This document shows, piece after piece, positions 26,766 to 38,477 of a stretch of DNA of 64,000 bases. The position numbers were made by a program, and so were the translations under genes. Each line of letters begins with the position of its first letter. Position 1 is the stretch's first letter. Location of the stretch: contig OZ024751.1 of the NCBI GenBank assembly GCA_964016885.1, forward strand, positions 3,286,001-3,350,000, read 5' to 3'. Below the pieces are notes generated by a model. The model made no database searches. It was not told the DNA's origin and saw nothing but the letters and a program-made list of their open reading frames with translations. The DNA is from Eledone cirrhosa (taxonomy: Eukaryota).

Positions 26766-27598
26766 AGAATGAATAATAACAGGTAGACATCATAAAAAGG
26801 TAATTTATTCCGTGTGCTTACAAGTGTTTCCACGGTGGTACTGCAGCCTAGTTCCGCTACGTGCAAATTCACAAGTATTTGCAGAACTCGAATATCCATT
26901 GCTGTGACCACTGTTTCCTCAGAGCAGAATGGTAAATGTACAATGTAAAAACCCTTAAGTGGGGTTGTTGGGGAAGATAGAGTGGTAGATCCGATATAAT
27001 ACCATTTCTGGTCGTTCGATTCAACCGTGCATTGGTAAACAATGTTGGACTTTAGGCATTCATTCTGCAATGGACATCTTTCAGGTAGATGGCAGTTACA
27101 TTCTTTGTTGTGGGTAGCGGGTATACCATGGATAGGTTGTGATAGCGGTACAGGTGGGTTGTGCAATACCCGTCTCCCATTTAGTGGTTGGGAGGCAGAT
27201 ATTGCGTTCTGCCCATTTGTTACTAAAATGTTTTGTTTTGTAGAGTTGTTTAATTGCCTTAAGTTAAGTTTTTTTATGTATGCTTCAAGGTTTGGTGCCG
27301 TGGAGTATGATAGTCTAATAATTTTAGAGTTCAGAATTTTGCTGTACTTATGGGAACTAGGGAAGTGTTTATTGATTAATTTAAAGAATGAAAGAGATAG
27401 TTTTGTACTAATCGAGGCATTAAATATAGGATTGTACCAGATATACTTTCTACAACGTGATTTATTTGGTGGTGATCTTCTATTATTAGTATGTCTGGTA
27501 GTACCGTGTGTGTGGGCTTGTGTTTTAGTCCCCCGGTTACGTATACCTTGATTACGTGTAGAGCTATGTGTGTTGTGGAAATTCCTATCGATGTATTC
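26765..27598 (-). mobile_element. Penelope-like fragment (Cys linker and GIY-YIG start) fused to a pLTR with a long-stem-II HHR (26815-26926)
   Basis: IWYNP..HFPSSHKYSKILN..IRLSYST and CNC..CPLQNECLKSNIVYQCTV..YYIGST; tgct-CTGAGGA-aacagtggt...accaccgtg-GAAA-cacttg-TA-agca. Confidence 0.85.
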
Positions 27599-27614
27599 TA
27601 TATATATATATATA

Positions 27615-27695
<81 letters not shown>

Positions 27696-27724
27696 TATAT
27701 ATAATATATATATATATATAATAT

Positions 27725-27756
<32 letters not shown>

Positions 27757-27773
27757 ATATATATATATATATA

Positions 27774-27816
<43 letters not shown>

Positions 27817-27892
27817 TATATATAATATATATATATATATAATATATATATATATATAATATATATATATATATAATATATATATATATATA

Positions 27893-27931
<39 letters not shown>

Positions 27932-27945
27932 TATATAATATATAT

Positions 27946-27977
<32 letters not shown>

Positions 27978-28015
27978 ATATATATATATATAATATATAT
28001 ATATATATAATATAT

Positions 28016-28074
<59 letters not shown>

Positions 28075-28086
28075 ATACATATATAT

Positions 28087-28152
<66 letters not shown>

Positions 28153-28206
28153 TATATATATATAATATATATATATAATATATATATATATATGTAATAT
28201 ATATAA

Positions 28207-28238
<32 letters not shown>

Positions 28239-28257
28239 AGATATATATATATAATAT

Positions 28258-28350
<93 letters not shown>

Positions 28351-28361
28351 TATATATATAG

Positions 28362-28393
<32 letters not shown>

Positions 28394-28414
28394 TGTATAT
28401 ATATATATATACAT
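27598..28414. repeat. Long interrupted (TA)n
   Basis: Read directly. Confidence 0.95.
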
Positions 28415-28559
28415 ATGGAGTATGTGTTTTTGCGAGTGTGTGGGAGTAAGTGCTTTATATATATGTGTGTGTGAATGTGCTTGTTGACACCGGAATTATA
28501 GGCATTGTTAGCTTAAGGGAACATTAAAAGTAAGGAGGTGGCACCCCCAGCTTGAACTT

Positions 28560-28791
28560 CTTTATAGAATTCTTTCTGCCTTTGTTACTCTAAATATATC
28601 TTTCAAAGAATCAGCTTTTAAAGAATTCCCTTTTCTTTAAACCCATCAACCAATGACCTCCACCCGTCCCTATCACCACCCTCTCCTACCACCAGAAAAG
28701 ATATAAATACCAGCATATTACTTGGGCAGTCAGCTTGCTGATGATTTCTCACGAATGAAACAGTTCTAGTCCTGTAGAAGCTTTTCTATAT

Positions 28792-28795
<4 letters not shown>
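28560..28795 (+). mobile_element. Solo PLE 3' end/pLTR with an HHR (28732-28782)
   Basis: Reverse complement of 20755-20930; agcttg-CTGATGA-tttc(tcac)gaat-GAAA-cag(ttctagtc)ctg-TA-gaagct. Confidence 0.78.
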
Positions 28796-28869
<74 letters not shown>

Positions 28870-28871
<2 letters not shown>

Positions 28872-29662
28872 CAGTATTTTCCGTAGTGTTGTAATATAAA
28901 TATTACACACAGTAGATGGACGGCTCACGTAGAGTTTGCTCGACGGTTCCAGTTGTAGTTCCAAAAGTAATCCGGAGAAAAATAGAAGGATTTAAATGGA
29001 TACAGTTTAGTTAAAAGGAATTTATTGACACGTGTTTCAATAACAGTTACATAACCTGAAAACAGCTGCTATCTACAAAGTATTAGTTATGTAGACATTC
29101 AATATTTCGATGTTATTATCAACTGTCATTTAATCAGAATAATTTTACTGAGGACCTGTTTGGTTTTTATAGAGAATATTAGGAGGGAGGGGTGATGTTG
29201 TTAGAAGAATATCGAGGGAGTGGTTTTTTGATAGCAGTGAGAATTTTTGGTGGCAGTGAGTAATTAGATTCCCATCTGTTGTTTTGACATTTTTATAGAA
29301 TATATTATTGGTTATTTTTCTAAATCTATAGAAGGATTAGAGATAGTATAGATATGCATGGTTGGTTTTGTGTTTGCACTTAATTAACATTCAGACTTAA
29401 ATCTTTCTTTCAAGTGTACGTATCCTTTCGCCCACGCATTCACACACAAACATATATGCACACCTCTACAAAATACATATACTCACATACACATACTTAC
29501 ATGCTCATACTTACATACATATACACATGCACATATATATATACATATATATACATATATACATGCACATACATACGCATTCATGTGTATACATTTTCAT
29601 ACTCAACTTATCTTTATATACACACGTATAGACACACACATATATACATACATACTCCAGTC

Positions 29663-29739
<77 letters not shown>

Positions 29740-31393
29740 ACTTTAATACATGAATACACTTACATCTAACTATACACATCAAACATATATATATATATTT
29801 ACTTATTTATATACATTTTCACATATATATACATACATATGGTCGCTTTTAGACACATTCATTATGGCATATTTGCACCTATTCTCATCAGCATATCTTT
29901 CCATTATTAGTGTGGTAATTTAAGGTTATTAATATACATATATATGTTGAGAAGAGATTGTTTTTATATTTTTCTAACTAGATTGAGGTTTATATAGTTG
30001 GGGGGATGTCCCTCTTTTATGTAATATTCAGCTTGTAGTGGGAAAAAAGGGTTTTAGTTCGGTGACGGCAGAATAATGCTCGTTCAATTCTGTTATTAAG
30101 CAATTTCTTCTTGTGCGTGATTATGTAATTAATCTCAAGATTACACAATTTTCAGAAATTTTGGCTCCTGGAAAAGCTTTGGGTTTTAGCTAATTTCTCC
30201 CATTTTAGGGTAAACTTTTGATCGCTATCCCTGAGCGTCCAAGCTTTTTCTGCTAAAGTTGTTACATTTCTTTGGCTCTGGTGTTTTATTGAGTAAGAAT
30301 GCCTATATAATCGAGATTTAAACGATGTTGCCGTTGATCCCACGTAATACCACTCGTTGCCTCCGGATTTAATGGTACACTTATAAATGATATTTTTTTC
30401 CAGGCAGTTATTGCCGAGGGGGCAGTTGTCAGGATAGGTGCAGTTACAGTTGTGTACGTTGAGTTTTCTCTGGAGTAGTATTGCGGACGAACTTAGGTGT
30501 GGTTTATTTATGTTCTGTAGTGTATTGTCTACTGTTTTTTTTGTGTTCTTTGTACTTAAGTTTTTAGTGTTTTCGTTTAACCTTCTAGTATTGATCTTTT
30601 TTATGTGTTGTTCAAGGTTTAACGCTGTAGAGTATGACAGTCTTATAGTGGTAGGGTTTAGGATTTTGTGGTATTTGTGTGATGTAGGAAAATGTCTCTT
30701 AATTATTTTAAAGAAGAGTACTGGAAAATTTGTACTAATGGAACTATTGTATTCAGGGTTATACCATAAGTACTCTTTGCATCGCTTTCTATTAGTTTTG
30801 TTTGTTGGTTTACTGGTGTGTATACTATGGTAGTAAGTGTGGTTTGGTCTTGTGTTATTATATCTGCCTATGTGGGATTTATTTTGGGTGTTTTGATTGT
30901 TCTCATCTATATACTCTATTTTGTTGAGGTAGCCTGCTTTACTAAGGGCGTTATCGTAGTACTCGGCGTGTTCCTTAAATACTTGTATGTTAGAAGATAG
31001 ACCCGAGATTCTAAGGGAAATATTTTTAGGGATAGATTTAATTATAGAGATGGGGTGGTTAGACCCAACATTTTCGTACTTGAGATTTTCATTCAATTTA
31101 TGAAACGGTTTAATCAGACCAGAGTTTAAATTGAGTGTGACATCCAGGAAGTTAACTACTTTAAGGTTGTATTCATATGTTATAGTTAGTCCTATTTCGA
31201 GTAGTAGTTTTCTTATATCTTTGCGTAGTTGATAATAACGTAGTTGATAATAACATAGTTGATAATAACATTGAAATATTGAATGTCTGCATAACTAATA
31301 CTTTGTAGATAGCAGCTGTTTTCAGGTTATGTAACTGTTATTGAAACACGTGTCAATAAATTCCTTTTAACTAAACTGTATCCATTTAAATCC

Positions 31394-31400
<7 letters not shown>
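28870..31400 (-). mobile_element. 5'-truncated Penelope-like element: RT thumb and GIY-YIG ORF (30152-31096), 3' pLTR, and an inverted partial pLTR at 31255-31399
   Basis: SNHPISIIKSIP and CNC..CPLGNNCLEKNIIYKC..YYVGSTATSFKSR; 31255-31399 is the reverse complement of 28983-29123; HHR-like motif at 29022-29142 (CTGATTA...GAAA-cacgtg-TC). Confidence 0.92.
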
Positions 31401-31469
<69 letters not shown>

Positions 31470-31473
<4 letters not shown>

Positions 31474-31712
31474 GTAGAACACTGGAAGGTAATATCAGTA
31501 GTGGTAGAGCACTCAGTCCATGGGACGAGTCAGATAGAAGTGGTTACACAACAGTTAGTTCACCATACCGAGAACAATTGTTTCACCTTAGCGGATCCTC
31601 AGCTCGTAATGGACATGTTCTATATAACCATGTCCATTACGAGCTGAAGATCCGCTAAGGTGAAACAATTGTTCTCGGTATGGTGAACTAACTGTTGTGT
31701 AACCACTTCTAT
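31470..31712. mobile_element. Fold-back element, family D, with an HHR in each arm (+ 31640-31677; - ~31569-31606)
   Basis: Arms 31534-31617 and 31629-31712; cgag-CTGA(A/G)GA-tcc(gctaa)ggt-GAAA-caattg-TT-ctcg; flanked by (TA)n. Confidence 0.8.
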
Positions 31713-31799
31713 AAATATATATATATTTACATAATTGCAAACGAATCAAAGGTTATCATTAATATTCGAAAAACTCAGATTACATTCATGATTATTATA

Positions 31800-31844
<45 letters not shown>

Positions 31845-31850
<6 letters not shown>

Positions 31851-32037
31851 TAAAATAACAGATTAAAGTTTAAGCAAAGAATCGCTGCTTTCACCCTTAA
31901 CGGGATCTTCTGAAACTAACAAAGTCAATCTGTAAATGTCTACAAAATCTGTTATTTTAATAAATATTTGCTCTACGGTTCTCATATATTTGATATATAT
32001 TTTCCTTATCGAGCCCTTTTTGGATTTTAGTCTTCAA
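31845..32037. mobile_element. Family G element (inverted plus direct segments) with a variant HHR on the minus strand (31867-31917)
   Basis: Same CAGAAGA-core fold as 20291-20341; atatttattaaaataacagatt is inverted at 31947-31968; (TA)n flanks. Confidence 0.65.
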
Positions 32038-32052
32038 TTTTATTATTATTAC

Positions 32053-32147
<95 letters not shown>

Positions 32148-32559
32148 TCACACACACCACACGCACCACCACCCACACACACATATAGAGATATATTATT
32201 ATATTTGGGGAGGGTCATATTGTTGTAATATTGCCAGAAATAATAATAAAACACACTCACTGTTAGGTTTGGATTGGTTTTCGCTTCTGTATCTTTTATA
32301 TCTCCATCGTTAATTTATCTGGCAATCAATGTTTATCATTGATTGACCAAGAGTTTAAAAATATAGATATAAATATATATAAATGCATATAGTCTATCAA
32401 AGTTTTTTCATCACACAACTGCGACATCATCAGTGGTACTAATATGTTTCCTCACGTTGTATTGTAATGTCTACGCCATTTTTATTTAGTTATTTATTTT
32501 TGTTTCTGTTTGTGCATGCGTTTGTGTTATATAACGTTATATCTATCAGTCATCTTTAC

Positions 32560-32680
32560 GATCTGAGTTCAAATCCCGCCAAGGTTAACTTTTCCTTTCA
32601 TCCTTACGGGGTCGATAAAATAAAGTACCAGTAATGTACTGATTTAATTACTGGCCTTGTGCCAAAAGTAGAAACAGTTA
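32560..32680 (+). mobile_element. tRNA-derived SINE
   Basis: ctgagttcaaatcccgccaaggttaac...ggggtcgataaaataaagtacc. Confidence 0.85.
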
Positions 32681-32713
32681 TATCTATCAGTCAATAGTAA
32701 AATCCACTAATTG

Positions 32714-32766
<53 letters not shown>

Positions 32767-32829
32767 CACATGACAGGCTTCCGCACAGATTTCGCCAAAC
32801 AAATTTCACTTAAGATCTCAAATTATTAA

Positions 32830-32923
32830 TTGGTGCTAGACCACCCGTTGGGCCACGTTGACTTAAAACGCCTTATTCGTTTCTTTGAAGTCACCGGTTA
32901 TAATTTCATTCAACAACACCACT

Positions 32924-32968
<45 letters not shown>

Positions 32969-33885
32969 GCTCTCTCTCTCTCACTCACTCTCCCTTCCAT
33001 TTTCCTTCTCTCCCTCTCCGTCTCTCTTTCAATCTACTTTCTCACAACCGCTATCTCTTTTTCTCTATCCTTCTCTCTCTCTCTATTTATGCAGGAACCC
33101 GGAAAAATCCCGTTTCTCGGGAACCCGTGCTCTGATTTACGTGAAACTTGTTTTATTCCATTTGTATACCCATTTCAGGGTCAACTTCCTTTCAAAGTAT
33201 TATCCCATTATGCGCCTTCTTGGCTGTATTACAGGCAAGCAAACAAGCAAGCAAACACAGAGAGACCCGTTGGGTCACGTTCACTTCAGAATATTTTTTT
33301 TAAATCATGTTCACTTAAAAATAATCTTTAAATAATTAAAATATACACAGGCATGCATATGTGACATGAACCTGGAAGGCTCATATATATACGTGTGTGT
33401 ATGTATATATATAAATGTGTGTATACATATATATATATGTGAGTGTGTGTATGTATATATATATGGGTGTCTGTGATCTATATACACTGGTCATAGACAC
33501 ACACACACACACATACACACACACATATATATATACACAACAACACTACCAGCTCTCTCTCTCTCTCTGTCTCTCTCCCTCTTCCATTCTCCTTCTCTGT
33601 CTCCTCTCCTTCTCTCTATGTCTGTCTTTCAATCTACTCTCTTACAACCACTATCTCTTTCTTTCCATTCTTCTCTCTCTCTCTGATTATGAAGGTACCC
33701 GGAAAAACCCCATATCTCGGGAACCCGTGCACCGATTTACGCGAAACTTGTTTTATTCCATTTGTATTCCCATTTCAGGGTCAACTTCCTTTCATATTAT
33801 TATCCCATTATGCTCCCTTTTGGCTGTATTACATTACAGACAAGCAAGCAAGCAATCACAGAGTTTTAGTAGTATATAGATAGAT
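32830..33885 (+). mobile_element. Two related ~330-bp units, possibly a non-autonomous Helentron/HINE-like element
   Basis: 32915-33255 is similar to 33540-33860; acccgttggg.cacgtt occurs at 32843 and 33265; (CT)n and CAAG/CAAA microsatellites; ends in agttttagtagtatatagat; classification is inference. Confidence 0.45.
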
Positions 33886-33894
33886 TAATATTAT

Positions 33895-34240
33895 TTGGCA
33901 GTATTGGTAAAGCGTCGAACATGTTTTGTATCATGGAGTTACGGCCCTTTACGTTCTGAGTTCAAATCCCTCCGAGGTTAGTTTTGCCTTTCATCCTTAC
34001 GGGGTTGATAAAATAAAGTACCAATAACCACCCTTCAAATTGCTGGCATTGTGCCTAAAGTAGATACAAATATTATTATTATGAATTGACGGAGTCGATA
34101 GAGGAGTATTTGTTACAACCCTTTACATTTTGCGTTCAAATCTTTCCGATGTCAAGTTTACCATTTATCTTTCCGTGGCCAATAAAATAAAGTACCAGTT
34201 AAATACTGAGGTCGATATAACCGACTTTCCCTTCCCCTAA
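33895..34240 (+). mobile_element. Two tandem tRNA-derived SINEs (second one degraded)
   Basis: SINE core at 33955-34025 and 34130-34200. Confidence 0.8.
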
Positions 34241-34595
34241 AAATCCCATAATTACACAAAGTAATTTGTAGCTATCCTTGTATCCTAGCTGTTGACTGCA
34301 TTACACATATATATATACTTCCAGCGTGAACCTAATATAACTGTACAATTGCCTCCCGTGTTTTGTTCGTTCGTTTTCAACTATATATATATAATTGGCG
34401 CTAGCAGTAAGACAGCATTTCAGCATAATGGAGATGTATATAAACATATGGGTAGTCTCAATATATCACAGAGGAAAACAGAGAAAAATACAATTTTTTC
34501 GTTACGAAAAAATATTTTTCTTTGGAGCGAGGTTACCCATATGTTTATTATTTATTATATAGAAATGTATAATATATGTTTTCATATATACATCC

Positions 34596-34637
<42 letters not shown>

Positions 34638-34644
<7 letters not shown>

Positions 34645-35225
34645 TATGTATGTATACGTACATACATATATGTATACAGACGTACAGTAGCATGTATATA
34701 TATACATACAGGCACACATATATATATGCACGTATCAGTTTACCGAACATTTATTATAATGCTCGGTTTGTTCATTTGTAAACAAACAAACAGCCTGAAT
34801 TACGCCGTACAGTGTTTAGGCAACCGCGTCACCTTTTTGTTCAACACTGACACAGGAACGATGTACTAGTTTCAAGCTTATTAGCTATCGTCAGCACCGT
34901 ATACCTTTCTGCCAGATGGTTGAACGTCCAAAAGTATATACTTTCCTTATGAAAATTAACGGCTGAGCAGCCTAATTTGCATATCGACGTGGTTGCCTAA
35001 ACACTGTACGGCGTAATTCAGGCTGTTTGTTTGTTTACAAACGAACAAACCGAGCATTATAATAAATGTTCGGTAAACTGATACGTGCATATATATATGT
35101 GTGCCTGTATGTATATATATACATGCTACTGTACGTCTGTATACATATATGTATGTACGTATACATACATACTTACATTTAAGTAAGTGCCGTACTAAGA
35201 GTGAGAAATGAAATTTCGTTTCATT
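34638..35225. mobile_element. Dispersed, diverged family A copy (inverted ~34638-34990, forward ~34990-35225) with an HHR at 34859-34899 (-)
   Basis: Homologous to the array unit; cggtg-CTGACGA-tagctaataagctt-GAAA-ctag-TA-catcg. Confidence 0.9.
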
Positions 35226-35247
35226 CTATTCCATTTATATATATATA

Positions 35248-35680
35248 TGTCGGGTCACTCTTGAGTGCTACTGGTAACATGTAACGCAGTACAACCTGTC
35301 GCATGGTCGGATAGTCGGCGATTAAACCGGCAACCCCACCAAGTTTACTTGGTGGGGAGGGTGATTTTGGAGACCCTGCAGGACAAAAAATAAAACCTGA
35401 CAAAGGCGGTAGAACTCATAAGAGTCAACGGCCATCCGAAAGTGTGTAAATTTGTATATACACATGTGCCGCGCGATTAAACCACTGGGAGTGAAGGACC
35501 CTTAGCCTTTGTCAGGACATTCTTCTAGGAGAAGGCAACTCAGGAAACTGGGATAACTCCGATATAAAACCTGCGGCTCAGTAGTTACCGATGATGTTGA
35601 TCTTTTCTTCTTTTCGGGTTATAGCTACTCTCGCTCAGAGAGTGGGATTGGCTCAGTGCATAGTCTTTCCTCACTTTAAA
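35248..35680 (+). repeat. Dispersed repeat, paralogue of 1449-1860
   Basis: Collinear similarity by eye. Confidence 0.6.
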
Positions 35681-35982
35681 AAATATGTTGATGAAGGCAT
35701 TGCACGATAGAATTAAATAATAATTATTAATAACGGTATATCGTGCAATGGCCATACTCGATAACGAGGGGCAGCTATCATATATATATATATATATAAA
35801 TTTAAGAAGATTAACAAAGAGAAGACAAGACAATGAAGGAAAACAAGGCAAAACGAAAAGACTTTTTTGGAATGGGAAACAAAAAAATTGTTATATAAAA
35901 AAACACTCGAAAGACACGGAACTGCAAGGTCTCCAGCCGTTAAGATGAACTTTGGCAGTTTCAGCCCCTGCTAACGGTACTG

Positions 35983-36119
<137 letters not shown>

Positions 36120-36739
36120 GTGTACAAACAGACCGTTCGAACACAAATATACATTGAAAATAGACTCATTCTGATCACGTGGATATTTTGAAGTGGTTTG
36201 GATTGGGAGATAATTTGCATATATCAAAGATCGATGGTGAATATTACGACAGCGATGATGATGATCATCATCATCATGACGACGATGATAACGAAGTAGA
36301 TGTTTATATGAAAACTCCAAACCTCAGTAAAACATGTGAAGTCCTTCACCCCTCTCTTCTCTCTTAATTACATGCATGTTGTGTAACTAATGAAGATCTA
36401 GACAGCGGTAATCATCTCAAGTGACACACGGACAAACAGGCAGATATCCTTATAGATAGACAGACAGACAGATAGACAGGCACACAGATAGACAGACAGG
36501 CAGATAGATAGACCCACAGATAGACAGACAGACAGGCAGATAGACAGACACGCAGGCAGACAGCCTTACAGATAGACAAAAAGTGTTTGTTGTAAGATTG
36601 TATTTGTTGTCTGTGTCTGGTAATTGAGTCGAGCGGTGAGGGTAGTGTCTTATTGTTTCAGTTTCTTATCAGGGAATTCATTAACTTCTGACTACCTCCC
36701 CACCACGTAAATATTCCTCCACTTCATATATATATATAT

Positions 36740-37600
36740 GGCAATCTGGCGTGGTATTACATAGGTTCGACGGCTGGTGACTTTAAAAAACGATGGTATG
36801 TGCATCGGCACTCCATGAAAAAAAAAATCTCAGTAACACAACAGCACTGGCCAATAAAATCTTGCAGCCTCAGGACAATAATCAAGGATATGAAATTAGC
36901 TGGTCAAAGTTATCAAATGCAAAGGCCTACACGAATGGGATGTCCTATTGTGGACTCTGCAATACAGAATTACTCCATATTCTACAATATAATAAAATGC
37001 TGCTTAACAACAAGATCGAGCGGACAATTTTCTGTAGGCACAAAGCCGCTAGTAAATTCTCTAACTACAAACCGAGACGAACAAGATTCGATTTGGTAAG
37101 CTCATTATCCATATAAACAACACATCTCTCCGGATTTAAAACGTCTGCAATATTGGCGCCAACGAACCAATTTTACACCTCCTGGCTACAAGTACGGGCG
37201 AAAGCTTGCTATATCTACCAATAGTAAGCAAAGTAATTAACTTTTGACCAATCGGACATGAGATCAAGCGATGCTCTCAGCCATTGAGTACACTTTCTTT
37301 GTAGACACACCCTCTCACATCCAGCACCCTATATAGCAAGCATTACCATTAAAATAATACATTTCAAAATACCCAACCTTAATCACCCGTCTGTTATCTT
37401 TTTATTTTATATTTTGCTGTTTCATCTATTTAACTCACTTCACCCCACTGTATTTGAATGTCGCCATTATCCCTTCATCTAATCCCATTTTATTACACTG
37501 TCAAGTTACATTAAGTATCTCCCTTATCATATCATCTCTTCATACCACTTCTCTTACTTTTTCCATGATGTTATTATTATTTTACACCTATATCCCAGTG
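36740..37600 (+). mobile_element. Penelope-like 3' fragment (GIY-YIG C-terminal half, frameshifted)
   Basis: WYYIGSTAGDFKKRWYVHRHS, then TALANKI..YEISWSKL..CGLCNTE..LLNNKIERTIFCRHK. Confidence 0.85.
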
Positions 37601-37623
37601 TCCCCCACACGACTGCACCACCC

Positions 37624-37627
37624 TCTT

Positions 37628-37708
<81 letters not shown>

Positions 37709-38443
37709 GTTCTTTGAGTCTCAGTCATTGATGTTATTTAACTGGAAAGTTTGTTGAAATGAATATGTAAGCTGCTACCTACAGCCTCAGGTATTCAGGA
37801 CGTATCGGAGGGTTCTTGCTGTTCCCAGCAAGCATGCATTTTTAAGTGTTCCAAAAAGCGGGGCGGGACACCAATTTTCTTTAACCATCCTTGGAAACTC
37901 TTTGAGATAGTACCTAGTGCGCCTATGACAATCGGGACCACTTTGACCTCATGGCAGATCCAAATCCTTTTTACCGCCCACTTTAAGTCCTGGTATCGGT
38001 TAATTTTCTCCCTCTCCTTCTCTTCCACTCTCGTGTCGAATGGGCAGGCTACATCCACAATCAGGCACGATCTTTTCCCTTGTCCAAAATCACCAGGTCA
38101 GGTCTATTGTGTTCGAGTTTCTTGTTCGTCTGTATCCTAAAATCCCACAGCACCTTCACCTGATCGTTTTCTATCACCGACTCTGGGTTATGCTCATACC
38201 ACTCTCAGAATGTGGTAAATTGTTTACTTTGCATAGGTGCCAGTGGCTCACCTTGCCCATCACATCATGTCTCCAGCCTTTATAGTGAGTCTGGGCTAGG
38301 TGTTTACACTCGGATACAATGTGAGCCACAGTCTCCTCTCTCTCTCCACAGATCCTGCACAGTGGGCTAGCCTCCTCCTTGTAAATATGGTATTTCAGCC
38401 ACTTCCTTTTGAGGGCCTGCTCTTGCGCAGCCATTAGAATTGC

Positions 38444-38477
<34 letters not shown>

